Shown: positions 37,197-46,299 of the stretch, piece after piece | Numbering within the stretch: position 1 is the stretch's first letter | Layout: every line of letters starts with the position of its first letter | Virus record (IMG/VR): IMGVR_UViG_2529292726_000019 | DNA from: a virus | Lineage: Duplodnaviria > Heunggongvirae > Uroviricota > Caudoviricetes | Strand: one strand, 5' to 3' | DNA: 46,731 nucleotides | Made by a program: the position numbers and the translations under genes | Notes under the pieces: generated by a model | What the model was told of the DNA's origin: nothing | Databases searched by the model: none | Seen by the model: the letters and a program-made list of their open reading frames with translations, nothing else

Positions 37197-38294
37197 AAAA
37201 TTTACACGAATAAGCTCTGTTGATAGACGATCTCCCTTGAATTTGTGGTCAATTTCGTCTAAATCCGGTTGCTCTACGATTGATGCGATGTACGTCGAGA
37301 AACTTTCTAAGGCGTCTCGCATCTCGTCCATATAATCGTGCCGGTCGTAGACTCGATCTATCCCCTCAAGACTGTGGTTCATGATTTTGCGTGATACCTC
37401 CTGGCTTATGCCTAATGCTGGGAAGTAACTACGCGCAGTACGGCGCAAATCTCGGGGTGTAAATGGCTCAAGCTCCATCAGTTCTGGTCGTTCCAGAATA
37501 CGACGTAATGCCTGGGCTATTGCCACTTTAGACATAGGAAGGTCTTTCCCGATTTTTTTATTCGAAGGCACGAGCCACTGGCTGCCTTTACCGTATTCGA
37601 ACAACTCTTCAATACATGTGCGCATTAATGTGCTTAAAGGCAGCGAATGCTCACGGGCAGATTTGTTCCTCTTGCCTTGATTCCAAACCCCACGCTTAAG
37701 ATTGAACTCACTTTTTTTAGCCCGCAGTACTTCGTCAGGTCGTCTTGCGGATACAAGACACAGCCTGGCCGCCCATTTTGTACCAGCGCACACATTGAAG
37801 TAGTCCCATATATTCCAGAACACCCATACCTCTGCGTCGGTCAGCTTCCGCTCGCGAGGTGTGGGCTTTGCGCCACCGGCAACTTTGTTTAGTGACATAT
37901 CGTTTAACGGTGACACGTCTATCATCCCCTGGAAGGCGCACCAGCTAAGGAACTGCTTCATCAGAGAGAAAACGCGGCGGCCCATAACAATTTTGCCATC
38001 CAGTATTAGTGGGTTGACCAGTTGGTTCACCATGAACCTATTAATGTCACTTACTTTTACATCGGCAATGTGCGGCAAAACATGTATCAAAATACAATGA
38101 ACAGCGATCTCTGGCCGACGTCTGGTTATCAGCAGAGATAAGCGAGTGAATAACATGAATGCGTCCGAGAATCTCATGTCATTGCTGACCTGGGAGATCA
38201 TAACGGCCTGCATTTGAGATGCTCTTTCGAGATACTCAATCGCCTCTTTTGAGGTGTTCTCCGCAGCGCGTGCTCTGTCAAAGCTATTTTTCAT
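37191..38294 (-). CDS. tyrosine site-specific recombinase (integrase/Cre-like)
   Basis: C-terminal catalytic region ARRPDE...RDLRRTARSY...MNHS...YDRHDY consistent with the R-H-R-Y tetrad. Confidence 0.75.
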   Translation of the reverse strand: MKNSFDRARAAENTSKEAIEYLERASQMQAVMISQVSNDMRFSDAFMLFTRLSLLITRRRPEIAVHCILIHVLPHIADVKVSDINRFMVNQLVNPLILDGKIVMGRRVFSLMKQFLSWCAFQGMIDVSPLNDMSLNKVAGGAKPTPRERKLTDAEVWVFWNIWDYFNVCAGTKWAARLCLVSARRPDEVLRAKKSEFNLKRGVWNQGKRNKSAREHSLPLSTLMRTCIEELFEYGKGSQWLVPSNKKIGKDLPMSKVAIAQALRRILERPELMELEPFTPRDLRRTARSYFPALGISQEVSRKIMNHSLEGIDRVYDRHDYMDEMRDALESFSTYIASIVEQPDLDEIDHKFKGDRLSTELIRVNFS

Positions 38295-38392
38295 ATGACA
38301 ATCACCGAGTTACGCCGATTCACTGTATAAGTAAACAGTATATTAGGCATAGATTCTTATAGGATCAAGAGTAAAAGTAACTCATTTTCACT

Positions 38393-38425
38393 AATGATTC
38401 CATACATAGTAGGTATGGAATCATT
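38393..38425. repeat. 13-7-13 inverted repeat aatgattccatac-atagtag-gtatggaatcatt, candidate recombinase core site
   Basis: Perfect 13-bp arms with a 7-bp spacer, about 100 bp upstream of the recombinase start. Confidence 0.45.
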
Positions 38426-38561
38426 GAGGATGCGTTTTTTGAAATCTACCCTTCGTTCTAGGAGGTAATATTGAAAATCAAAATAATACATAACAATGCA
38501 TATAAACGTTTGGTAGGGTACAATAAGACAACTTATACTAATAAAGAGGGATTCGAGACAG

Positions 38562-39116
38562 ATGCACTTGCATAAGTTGGTTACACCTGGTTTGGCTTCA
38601 TTGCCGGGTGATCTGTCATATTTAGATATAGACTTTGTTTTCTCTGGCAATGAAGCTCGTAAGGCTAGATACCGTTTAGTCTTTTGCCCTCCTTCTTTAG
38701 ATCCTGTTGCCGCAGAAACTATGCATAATATGTTAGGGGCTGATGTTTATGGGTTGTGTGTATCTGTCGTTAGTTTTGTGGACATGATTCAACTTGACAG
38801 GCAGCAAGAACAGCTCCAGAATGTCGCTCTTGGAGCGGAAGAGCCAATTAACGTATTTGCCAAACCCGAAGGGTCTTTTAATCTTACTTTAGGTGAACTT
38901 CAATACCTTTACGGTACTTTAGTTGACTTAATGCTCAAAGTTGCCGACAATGAAGGCATACAGATTTTATTCTTTGCGGCAGAACGCGAAGAACTGATGG
39001 CCACATACAAGAGATATGTGAAGAGATTTACACAAGAGCGTGGCCTAACTTATTTAAATGACGGAGCTTCCTATGCGATACGAACACAACACTACCCAAA
39101 ACAAAGGGAAGATTGA
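38562..39116 (+). CDS. hypothetical protein (184 aa)
   Basis: Plus-strand ORF followed by a terminator. Confidence 0.45.
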   Translation: MHLHKLVTPGLASLPGDLSYLDIDFVFSGNEARKARYRLVFCPPSLDPVAAETMHNMLGADVYGLCVSVVSFVDMIQLDRQQEQLQNVALGAEEPINVFAKPEGSFNLTLGELQYLYGTLVDLMLKVADNEGIQILFFAAEREELMATYKRYVKRFTQERGLTYLNDGASYAIRTQHYPKQRED

Positions 39117-39240
39117 TTTTAAAACTATCCATGCTAGCAAAGTCGAAATGATCAAACGATTCATGACTGCTAAAGCTGAAGCTGAACGCAAGGGTGAAGT
39201 GGTCTTTAAGCCACTGTAGTGGTTAGCTAGAAGTTATGAA

Positions 39241-39260
39241 AAAGGCCCATATGGGCCTTT
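39241..39260. terminator. bidirectional rho-independent terminator aaaggcccat-atgggccttt
   Basis: Perfect palindrome with A-run before and T-run after, between convergent genes. Confidence 0.5.
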
Positions 39261-39300
39261 TTTGTTATATGTACTATATGTACAAAGATGTGGCTTTTAC

Positions 39301-39546
39301 TTATAAGAAACTTACGAAAGATGCCATCTCTGTGTATCCGCCAATCGGCTGGCCATCGATCAGCACCTGGGGGATAGTCTCTACCGGTTTACCAACAATT
39401 TCACTAAGTTTTTCCTTGTCGATACCGGCAGTGGTGATGTCGATGTACTCATAATCACCGTAGCCATGTCCCTTTAGTTGCTTCGCCAGCTCGACTGCAC
39501 GTTTGCAGTATGAGCAGTTATCTCGTCCGTAGATAGTGATCGTCAT
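39301..39546 (-). CDS. glutaredoxin-like protein
   Basis: CSYC active-site motif near the N-terminus in a thioredoxin-fold-sized ORF (81 aa). Confidence 0.7.
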   Translation of the reverse strand: MTITIYGRDNCSYCKRAVELAKQLKGHGYGDYEYIDITTAGIDKEKLSEIVGKPVETIPQVLIDGQPIGGYTEMASFVSFL

Positions 39547-39893
39547 TGCTTTGCCTCATGCCACTTTTGCTTCAGGAGATAGCCTTCCAGGGGCCAGATT
39601 TGATCGATAGCATCTTTTCGAGCGTACTCGCGACCAACATCAAAGTTGAAGATTTCTGGTCTTACGCACGCAGATTTTCCCGTTACGGTATATCCATTTT
39701 TGAGAACCATAACGCAGAACGTTAAGAGTTTTAACGACTCATGACCTTTGTCGATATCTGTTTTTGAATTGTAAACAGAGATGAAGTTATCCCCGTGGCT
39801 GGCATCATATGCAGTGAAATAATGTTCACTTTGAATGAGTTGTTCAATGTGTTCAGGGGTGACTTTTAGTGGTGTGTTCTCTTTGCTGGTCAT
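39543..39893 (-). CDS. hypothetical protein (116 aa)
   Basis: ORF stop/start coupled to the glutaredoxin gene. Confidence 0.45.
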   Translation of the reverse strand: MTSKENTPLKVTPEHIEQLIQSEHYFTAYDASHGDNFISVYNSKTDIDKGHESLKLLTFCVMVLKNGYTVTGKSACVRPEIFNFDVGREYARKDAIDQIWPLEGYLLKQKWHEAKQ

Positions 39894-39939
39894 TATTTCT
39901 TCCTACAAAGTTCGTAGACTTGACTCTTTCAGTTGCAAA

Positions 39940-39959
39940 AAAGGGGCCGAAGCCCCTTT
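39940..39959 (-). terminator. hairpin ggggccgaagcccc with T-run, downstream of the tRNA cluster
   Basis: aaaggggccgaagccccttt flanked by A/T runs. Confidence 0.45.
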
Positions 39960-40035
39960 GAATTTTGCGCTGAAAAAAAAGTGTTGCTAGGATGTTAGCA
40001 AGCTATGGTTAAGAACGTCTGCCGTAATTGTCTAT

Positions 40036-40113
40036 CACAGCGTTGAGCGGTCTGGTTTATGTTAGCGGAGTCTTAATCTGGGTGATTAAAAGGCCAAACC
40101 GCTCAACGCTGTG
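40036..40113 (-). ncRNA. long hairpin (16-bp perfect stem, about 46-nt loop) abutting the 3' end of tRNA-Ser
   Basis: cacagcgttgagcggt...accgctcaacgctgtg. Confidence 0.3.
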
Positions 40114-40115
40114 TC

Positions 40116-40202
40116 TGGCGGAGAGTAATGGAATCGAACCATCATCGCTTGCGCAATGGGACGGTTTTCAAGACCGCTTGAGCACCATGCTCCCTACTCT
40201 CC
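40116..40202 (-). tRNA. tRNA-Ser (anticodon TGA), class II with long variable arm
   Basis: Acceptor GGAGAGT/ACTCTCC, anticodon loop CTTGAAA, T-loop TTCGATT, encoded CCA. Confidence 0.7.
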
Positions 40203-40346
40203 GGCCGTTGTGGTGGCCGGGACTGAATCTCCGGCATACGGTGCAGCCAATTAGGACTACGGACGATCACCGCTCGCGAAAGGGAAGATTTGCGGCCGCA
40301 TTTCCCTAACATCCAAGAAAGCTATCGCATCAGTCTGCGAATCCAC

Positions 40347-40425
40347 CACAACGGTAAGATCACTACCTTTCGACCAGTCATTGTGCACATGAACGACGAT
40401 TAACCGTAATGATCTTATCGTTGTG
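40347..40425 (-). ncRNA. structured hairpin element 1 (stem cacaacggtaagatca / tgatcttatcgttgtg)
   Basis: About 79-nt imperfect hairpin; paralogous to element 2 and sharing the 3' flank gttgtgttg. Confidence 0.3.
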
Positions 40426-40476
40426 TTGTGAAGCCAGATGCTTATCTTCTGGTTGCCTCAAAGAGCTGCACTTCCT

Positions 40477-40565
40477 CACAACGGTAAGAGCACTGGTCTG
40501 ACTCTATCGATTTACGGGCTTGTGGGTCAGTATCGCCGATTCGCCCAATGCACTTACCTGTTGTG
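40477..40565 (-). ncRNA. structured hairpin element 2 (stem cacaacggtaag / cttacctgttgtg) abutting the 3' end of tRNA-Thr
   Basis: About 89-nt imperfect hairpin; does not fold as a tRNA by eye. Confidence 0.3.
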
Positions 40566-40566
40566 T

Positions 40567-40643
40567 TGGTGCCGGTTAACGGACTCGAACCGCTGACATC
40601 CTGCTTACAAGGCAGGCGCTCTACCAACTGAGCTAAACCGGCA
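40567..40643 (-). tRNA. tRNA-Thr (anticodon TGT)
   Basis: Reverse complement TGCCGGTTTAGCTCAGTTGGTAGAGCGCCTGCCTTGTAAGCAGGATGTCAGCGGTTCGAGTCCGTTAACCGGCACCA folds as a cloverleaf. Confidence 0.8.
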
Positions 40644-40646
40644 ATT

Positions 40647-40733
40647 TGGTGGGGAGTGATGGAGTCGAACCACCCGAGTCGCCATGACAGTAGATTTACA
40701 GTCTACCCCGCTGCCCCTACGGACTAACTCCCC
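40647..40733 (-). tRNA. tRNA-Tyr (anticodon GTA), long variable arm
   Basis: Acceptor GGGGAGT/ACTCCCC, anticodon stem-loop GTAGA-CTGTAAA-TCTAC, T-loop TTCGACT, CCA encoded. Confidence 0.8.
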
Positions 40734-40738
40734 TAAAT

Positions 40739-40813
40739 TGGCGATGGTGGGTGGATTCGAACCACCGACCAGTTGGTTAACAGCCAACTGCTCTACCGCT
40801 GAGCTACACCATC
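40739..40813 (-). tRNA. tRNA-Asn (anticodon GTT)
   Basis: Reverse complement GATGGTGTAGCTCAGCGGTAGAGCAGTTGGCTGTTAACCAACTGGTCGGTGGTTCGAATCCACCCACCATCGCCA. Confidence 0.8.
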
Positions 40814-41591
40814 AATTCAGCACTGCCAGTATTTATTACTCAACAGTGCCAATCGCGACGGTTTAGTTTCTGCCAGGAAACGCACCGCTACTTGCACTTT
40901 TCGTTAGTGCCAGACGCTTTCGACTTCGCTCAATAGTAGAAGGCAAAATCTTTAAGTAGATGATGTTTCTGAGGACAGCACCTACTTTGTAATTTATACA
41001 ATGTGATGTATGGAATCATTTGTTGTGAAAACAGGCACCAATGGCAACAGTGGTTAAACCTACACAACAATCCTGTCTTCACAACGTTGAGGCCACTACT
41101 CCGATTGAATGTTTGCCCAACATGTTACATATCAACGCTCGCCGGTATCTCTGTGAATAGAACCTTAGAATTGATAAAAATGTAATGGCCTCAACGTTAT
41201 GTGCTGGCTAACCATACCAGCCGGGCTACGTCGCCGCTTTTTAACCCAGTATAAACGACATAATTGAACAAAATGACGTAACAGGATGGGCGGTCAGTGG
41301 CTAAGAATCCGGGAGTCATATGGAGTTGAAAATATACCAACCGCCCATTCTGTTACTTCATCGGAGGGAACATGAATGTTCCCTCCTGCGTTCTGCAATC
41401 ACACTCGCTCAGTGTGTCCCATTTCGGTAACGAGGCTGGAAACTGACCTCGCTGGTGTTTGGCTTATTAGGCTACTGCCAGATAGACTTCTTCGTTTGCA
41501 CTTGTATTTAAGTTCAAACAGTCGCGTCTCAACGAAAACAAAGTCATCTTATACACAAAAGATAAGTAAGTAAATACTTATCAATATGTTT

Positions 41592-41882
41592 TTATTCGGT
41601 TGTGACTTTTTTGATCAAGGCCACTCTACGACTAGGTGTTCTTGTGATGGTGGCAGTGAATCGTTTCGCTTGGATAGTAATGGTTTCGTTCTCCTTAAGT
41701 TGCCCGTAGCGAGTTTCCACCAGGGTGCCAAGACGCCACAGACCATCATCGATACGTTTATGACTAGCAAATTTAATCAGCAACAGTTTTACGACTAACT
41801 GACCTACGTAAAAGGCGAATGCGACTCCGGCCGCTAAGAAATAGGTGGCCAACCACCAGTCCCAAGAAGTTAAATTGCTCAT
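41592..41882 (-). CDS. membrane protein (96 aa), member of a small tandem paralogous family
   Basis: N-terminal TM helix WWLATYFLAAGVAFAFYVGQLVV and a basic tail. Confidence 0.5.
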   Translation of the reverse strand: MSNLTSWDWWLATYFLAAGVAFAFYVGQLVVKLLLIKFASHKRIDDGLWRLGTLVETRYGQLKENETITIQAKRFTATITRTPSRRVALIKKVTTE

Positions 41883-42031
41883 TTTCTAACCTTTGTTTCA
41901 TGAACTACCCGATACACACGCTTTCCGATGCATAGTGTTTTGGTTTTAAGTTCCTGCTTAATTAAATCACGACAGATGCCGAAGCCAATAAGGAAGCCAC
42001 CCATAAAAGCTAATGAGATGTATGGAATCAT
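41879..42031 (-). CDS. small membrane protein (50 aa, below the ORF-track cutoff), paralog
   Basis: Hand-translated MIPYISLAFMGGFLIGFGICRDLIKQELKTKTLCIGKRVYRVVHETKVRK; ATGA-coupled to the 96-aa gene. Confidence 0.3.
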   Translation of the reverse strand: MIPYISLAFMGGFLIGFGICRDLIKQELKTKTLCIGKRVYRVVHETKVRK

Positions 42032-42243
42032 TTTAACGCTCCTGATTCTACTAATTGCTGTAGCAATACTTTCCCTTTATCAGTTAACTGGTAGTTGGCC
42101 GAACACTTCGTTTCAGAAACGTTTGCAACCAACCCTAAACGCTCTAACTTAGCTCGCGTTTTAGGCTTCCAGTACTCAGGGAACTCCGGCCACTTACTGA
42201 TTTCATGAAGCGTTTCCTTCTCCCGTTTACTTAATACGATCAT
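42028..42243 (-). CDS. hypothetical protein (71 aa)
   Basis: ORF; start overlaps the end of the upstream small ORF. Confidence 0.45.
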   Translation of the reverse strand: MIVLSKREKETLHEISKWPEFPEYWKPKTRAKLERLGLVANVSETKCSANYQLTDKGKVLLQQLVESGALK

Positions 42244-42406
42244 CCTTAATCTCCTTCACTGTGTGGGTTATTTCTACAATGCGATAAATACGACCGCGTC
42301 GTTCTATAACACCGCTTTTAATGTAGTCATTGATGCAACTGGACATCACCACAATACCTATGAAAAAACCAACTGCTAAAAATGCAATCATCCAGCCGAG
42401 CATCAT
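42227..42406 (-). CDS. small membrane protein (59 aa, below the ORF-track cutoff), paralog
   Basis: Hand-translated MMLGWMIAFLAVGFFIGIVVMSSCINDYIKSGVIERRGRIYRIVEITHTVKEIKDDRIK, sharing the GxRxYRxVE tail with the 50-aa paralog. Confidence 0.3.
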   Translation of the reverse strand: MMLGWMIAFLAVGFFIGIVVMSSCINDYIKSGVIERRGRIYRIVEITHTVKEIKDDRIK

Positions 42407-43725
42407 TCTTTATCTCCGATTCGATCTTCTGTATCGCGTAAGCAACGCGGCCATTTCAGTCGTGGGTGGCGTAAGCTGCCGTCCGGTGTTTTCTCGTGAC
42501 AATGAACCTCGACAATACGACCACGGTACTTCTCTTTGTTGTTCCAGATCTCATCCAGATATTTATGCTTAATGCCGCTCGCACGAACGATGACGCCGTT
42601 TTCAAGACGAATAACAATTTTTCCAAGTGTGTTGGCAAAACCAGAGTCCGGGTCGCCCGGCTCAAAGTCGATAATTTCACCATCTTCTGAATCTTCGTCT
42701 TTTAACTTCCACCAGCTGCGGGTACGTTTAAACTCGTAAACAGAGTTCGGATCTTTGCCCATCTCCCCTTCTTCGTTATCGTCCAGGCGTTTCATGAAGC
42801 GTTCGATGAAGTCTTCGTGGCTATGGATGATATAGAACGGATGCAGGTGAATGTCTTGTGTGTAGCCTTCACTGCGATCGTTTTTGAACAACGCCACCAG
42901 CATAGCCAGGCGCTCTTTCAGCTTCATACCTGTCTTTGCATACTCTTTGGATTTAGCCTGTGCTCGCCATTCCGGTAGGAAGAAGTCGAAAACATGATAA
43001 ATAGCGCCAATTGCCTGCACGTTCTTTTTGCGCAATGCAGATACGGACTGGTTAAATGAACCGGCAGTTCCTTCACCATCGAAGAAGATGTGTTTGTGGC
43101 CTGAAAGTTTGCCTAATTCGAGCATTGCTGGCTTTAGGTGATCGAGAGACGTGATTGGATTACCAGTACGAGAAAGGAAGTTAACCTCTTCCTCGTCAAC
43201 AATAACCTCGCAAATTACTCGCAAACCATCGAGCTTAAGACTGCCAATCATCGGCCATTTTGCTTTAGGATTTGGCTTGAAGGGGTATTTGTCGCCTTTT
43301 TCTTTATACGGTGACGCCAGCTGCACCTCGAATTTCGGAATGGGATTTTCAAAAACCTTGTTGCATAGGCTAATCCCAACACCTGCTTTCGGGTCTTTTA
43401 AGAGGAAACGACGGAACACGTCCTGCCCATCGGCGCACATTGACGCCACGATAGACTCAACAGCTGCTATTGCTGCGTTCCCCGTTAGCTCGCGAGAGGC
43501 CAGCTTATTCAGTACATCAATGGCTTTTTCGTCACTTGGGATGGACTCACTAAGCGGCTCTGCCACTTTGTATTTCTTTACCCCAAAACGGATGAAAGGG
43601 TTGAGCATCAATGAAACCATGCTTTGCTCGAAGTCATCCATGTTGGCCAATGCCTCTTTTTTTGCATTGGTTCCCATAGCTTTCATTTCGTCCAGCTTAT
43701 GCTTAAGTGCGATCAACTTTTTCAT
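42403..43725 (-). CDS. ATP-dependent DNA ligase
   Basis: Motif I KLDGLR (SLKLDGLRVICEV) and nucleotidyltransferase/OB-fold layout. Confidence 0.8.
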   Translation of the reverse strand: MKKLIALKHKLDEMKAMGTNAKKEALANMDDFEQSMVSLMLNPFIRFGVKKYKVAEPLSESIPSDEKAIDVLNKLASRELTGNAAIAAVESIVASMCADGQDVFRRFLLKDPKAGVGISLCNKVFENPIPKFEVQLASPYKEKGDKYPFKPNPKAKWPMIGSLKLDGLRVICEVIVDEEEVNFLSRTGNPITSLDHLKPAMLELGKLSGHKHIFFDGEGTAGSFNQSVSALRKKNVQAIGAIYHVFDFFLPEWRAQAKSKEYAKTGMKLKERLAMLVALFKNDRSEGYTQDIHLHPFYIIHSHEDFIERFMKRLDDNEEGEMGKDPNSVYEFKRTRSWWKLKDEDSEDGEIIDFEPGDPDSGFANTLGKIVIRLENGVIVRASGIKHKYLDEIWNNKEKYRGRIVEVHCHEKTPDGSLRHPRLKWPRCLRDTEDRIGDKE

Positions 43726-44204
43726 TGTTGTTTTACCTCCATATGTTGATCGATTTGCTCATGTGTTTCTTTTGTTGTTTCTTCAAGCAACGCCGCATAC
43801 ACGTCAGTGATCGCTGTTTGTGATGTGGTGCTCTTCTTAACCATGCTATTAATCGTTACACTGTCACGTTTTCGTTTTAAAGTTCTGGCTTGTTTATTCC
43901 GTTCTTCAACCTCCTTAATGAGCGCGGTCATATCTTCGAAATACAGAGATTCTCCTTTACGAATCTCTTCAACCATCATTTTTAACGCCTTGCATTTGCC
44001 TGCTTTGATAGCGGTTGCGCACGACTGGAATGAAGTTCGAGGAAGACGGTTTTCTTTGAAGGCAAGAATGGTGTGCTGGCAAACGGAGTAGCTGCAATAT
44101 GCCGACTCACCGTTTATCTTTACTTCCTCACAACGAAGTGAATAACCATTATTTCCTGAAATAGAGGGGATTTTTGACAAATCAGCTTTCACAACTACCG
44201 CCAT
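43722..44204 (-). CDS. hypothetical protein (160 aa)
   Basis: ORF with several Cys residues; stop/start coupled with the ligase gene. Confidence 0.5.
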   Translation of the reverse strand: MAVVVKADLSKIPSISGNNGYSLRCEEVKINGESAYCSYSVCQHTILAFKENRLPRTSFQSCATAIKAGKCKALKMMVEEIRKGESLYFEDMTALIKEVEERNKQARTLKRKRDSVTINSMVKKSTTSQTAITDVYAALLEETTKETHEQIDQHMEVKQQ

Positions 44205-44259
44205 AAATAATCTTGTACTTACCTATCGTTATTTGCGTAAAAAACGACGCGCGGAGAGA

Positions 44260-45042
44260 TTACCAACTTCCCCAGCTAATCATCTTGCGCTGATCGCTTT
44301 CTAAGCGATAGGGGACAAGAAGCTCTGTGACATGATTGGGGGCGTATGATTTAGCCTCTTGCTCTATCATCGGTAATTCGTTAGCAATCCTGACCATCTT
44401 CCCAGCAAACTCCGCCATTACGCCATCACATGCCTTCCCAGCATCAATAACGATATGCACCAGATCCAACTGGCTTTTGCACATGTCGCAAAGAGACGCA
44501 TACTCACTCTCTCTGATTACATTTACGGCATCATTAGCCCCTTTATTAAGCAAGACTTCCAACAGGTTTGTCGGGGTAACGAAATCGGCTTTAAGTGACA
44601 ATGTTCTCTCACCTTTTATCGACCGTAAGTACTCTTCGTAGTTTTGCTTGTCTTCCAGCAAAAATAAGCTATGCATAGTTAGAAGTGATTCTTGAATAGC
44701 CTCTTCAATAATACTGTCATTTGACGCACAAAAAACGGTATTTGTGTAGATCACTTTGCCATCCATCCATGCCCCAACCTGCACTTTAAGACTGATCGGG
44801 TTTTCTTTGCTAATAAAAACAACTAATGCAGAACGCCGTGCACAAGAAGGTTCACCCCATACGTGTAACTTAACCTTCAGATAAGGTAGCCCCGGTAGCG
44901 GGATCTCGACCAAACGAGTGGCGATATGATCCATTGCTGTTTTTACGGCTTTTTCAATGATGTCTAGCCGATTGCTCTCGCTGATTTCTAAACCAGTTTT
45001 ATCAATGATGTCGCAGGCTAATTTCTGAATTTCGTCTTTCAT
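44260..45042 (-). CDS. hypothetical protein (260 aa)
   Basis: ORF downstream of the primase; function unassigned. Confidence 0.5.
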   Translation of the reverse strand: MKDEIQKLACDIIDKTGLEISESNRLDIIEKAVKTAMDHIATRLVEIPLPGLPYLKVKLHVWGEPSCARRSALVVFISKENPISLKVQVGAWMDGKVIYTNTVFCASNDSIIEEAIQESLLTMHSLFLLEDKQNYEEYLRSIKGERTLSLKADFVTPTNLLEVLLNKGANDAVNVIRESEYASLCDMCKSQLDLVHIVIDAGKACDGVMAEFAGKMVRIANELPMIEQEAKSYAPNHVTELLVPYRLESDQRKMISWGSW

Positions 45043-45117
45043 ACCAACTCCTAGCTAACAGATGAAAGTATTCTCACAGAAAGATAAGTAATCATCTACT
45101 TATTTTGAAGGTGATTG

Positions 45118-46299
45118 TTATGATAGAGCCTTAATGCCCAAAACCTTGCTTTGCAACTCCAACTGCTTGGTATACGGTTTTGCCCGATAATAGGCTTTGA
45201 TGATTTGCTCTGGCGTTGCATCGCCCGGGTCGAGTCCTTCCTCACCCAAACACGCAACTTTGACATTAAGACCGATACTGGTCAGTCGCCTGGCTGCGGC
45301 CATAGTGTTGCGTATAGCTTGCTTTTCACTATCCCACATCATGATCACATTACGTAACCCACGCGCCTTGAGCGTCAGGAACGCGCCTAACTGATCTTCT
45401 GCATCCTGAGTGGTGTTACCAGATAGATGCATCCCGAACGTTCCTATTGGTTCCACGTAATCACGTAATGTTTCTTCGTCAAAAATAGCTCGTTTAACCC
45501 CCATAACATCGAACGCCCCCTCACAGACAACTACAGTCTGTTTGCCGACTGCATTATGGCCGTTGTAGAGAAACTTACCTGAAGCTGGAAGTTGCATAGG
45601 AAAGAGGTAGCGGCGTTCTGCTGTACCGGTAATGTCTCGTCCCTGAAATGTCTTCATTACCCCATCCAGATCGTAAACCGGTATCAGTATTCGCATATCG
45701 AATATCTGTCCTTTAACCTGATCTGTATACGGATCTACATAGGCGTGCTTGCCTTCGACGCAGTATCGTAGGTCAAAATACTTTGCCATTTCAGGCGATA
45801 TGTTTCGTTCAACCAGATAGTCTGGAAGACGGCCATCTATAGGAAGCTCGTAATGACGAGGGAGTGCAACTGGCCCCTCTAACTCGACTGTGCTTGCAAG
45901 CACTAGCTCTTCTTTCTTTGGTGCCCACCCCTGGGAAAGAAGGGCGTTCTGCACATATTCCTCGAACTGTCGTCGTGATTTGCCGCTGTAGTGCTTGAGG
46001 AAGACCAGCTTATTGAACTGAATCTCTTCGGGATGATCACCAGCGAAGCATTTACCGACACCACTGGTCAGATTGAAATATACCTTCCAGTTGGAGCTGC
46101 CACATACCGGACACTCCTTGATATTCACTTCATGACCGCGAGTACTCACGCCTCCACGTCGATAAACGATACCTTCAGTATCCAACCATTGTTCAAAATC
46201 TAATTCGGTAATTAGCTCTTTCAGCTCGCTCACGATAATTCCACTTTTAACAGGCAATATTGTGACCAACCTAAATGTTGATATAACATAAAGGCTCAT
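45118..46299 (-). CDS. DNA primase (DnaG-like, zinc finger plus Toprim)
   Basis: CPVCGSSNWKV zinc-binding motif and Toprim-like VVVCEGAFDVMGV...MMWDSEKQ. Start moved to ATG 46299 (MSLYV) because it carries the conserved start region. Confidence 0.7.
   Translation of the reverse strand: MSLYVISTFRLVTILPVKSGIIVSELKELITELDFEQWLDTEGIVYRRGGVSTRGHEVNIKECPVCGSSNWKVYFNLTSGVGKCFAGDHPEEIQFNKLVFLKHYSGKSRRQFEEYVQNALLSQGWAPKKEELVLASTVELEGPVALPRHYELPIDGRLPDYLVERNISPEMAKYFDLRYCVEGKHAYVDPYTDQVKGQIFDMRILIPVYDLDGVMKTFQGRDITGTAERRYLFPMQLPASGKFLYNGHNAVGKQTVVVCEGAFDVMGVKRAIFDEETLRDYVEPIGTFGMHLSGNTTQDAEDQLGAFLTLKARGLRNVIMMWDSEKQAIRNTMAAARRLTSIGLNVKVACLGEEGLDPGDATPEQIIKAYYRAKPYTKQLELQSKVLGIKALS

Noticed and set aside
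39072-39220. 48-codon plus-strand ORF overlapping the end of the 184-aa gene
   Set aside because: It is short, overlaps the upstream gene in another frame and has no start-region motif, so evidence is insufficient.
40203-40346. Possible fifth tRNA between tRNA-Ser and the hairpin elements
   Set aside because: It has GC-rich palindromes (ccggcc...ggccgg, gggaa...ttccc) but no T-loop or anticodon-arm geometry that I could fold by eye. It is left unannotated pending tRNAscan-SE.
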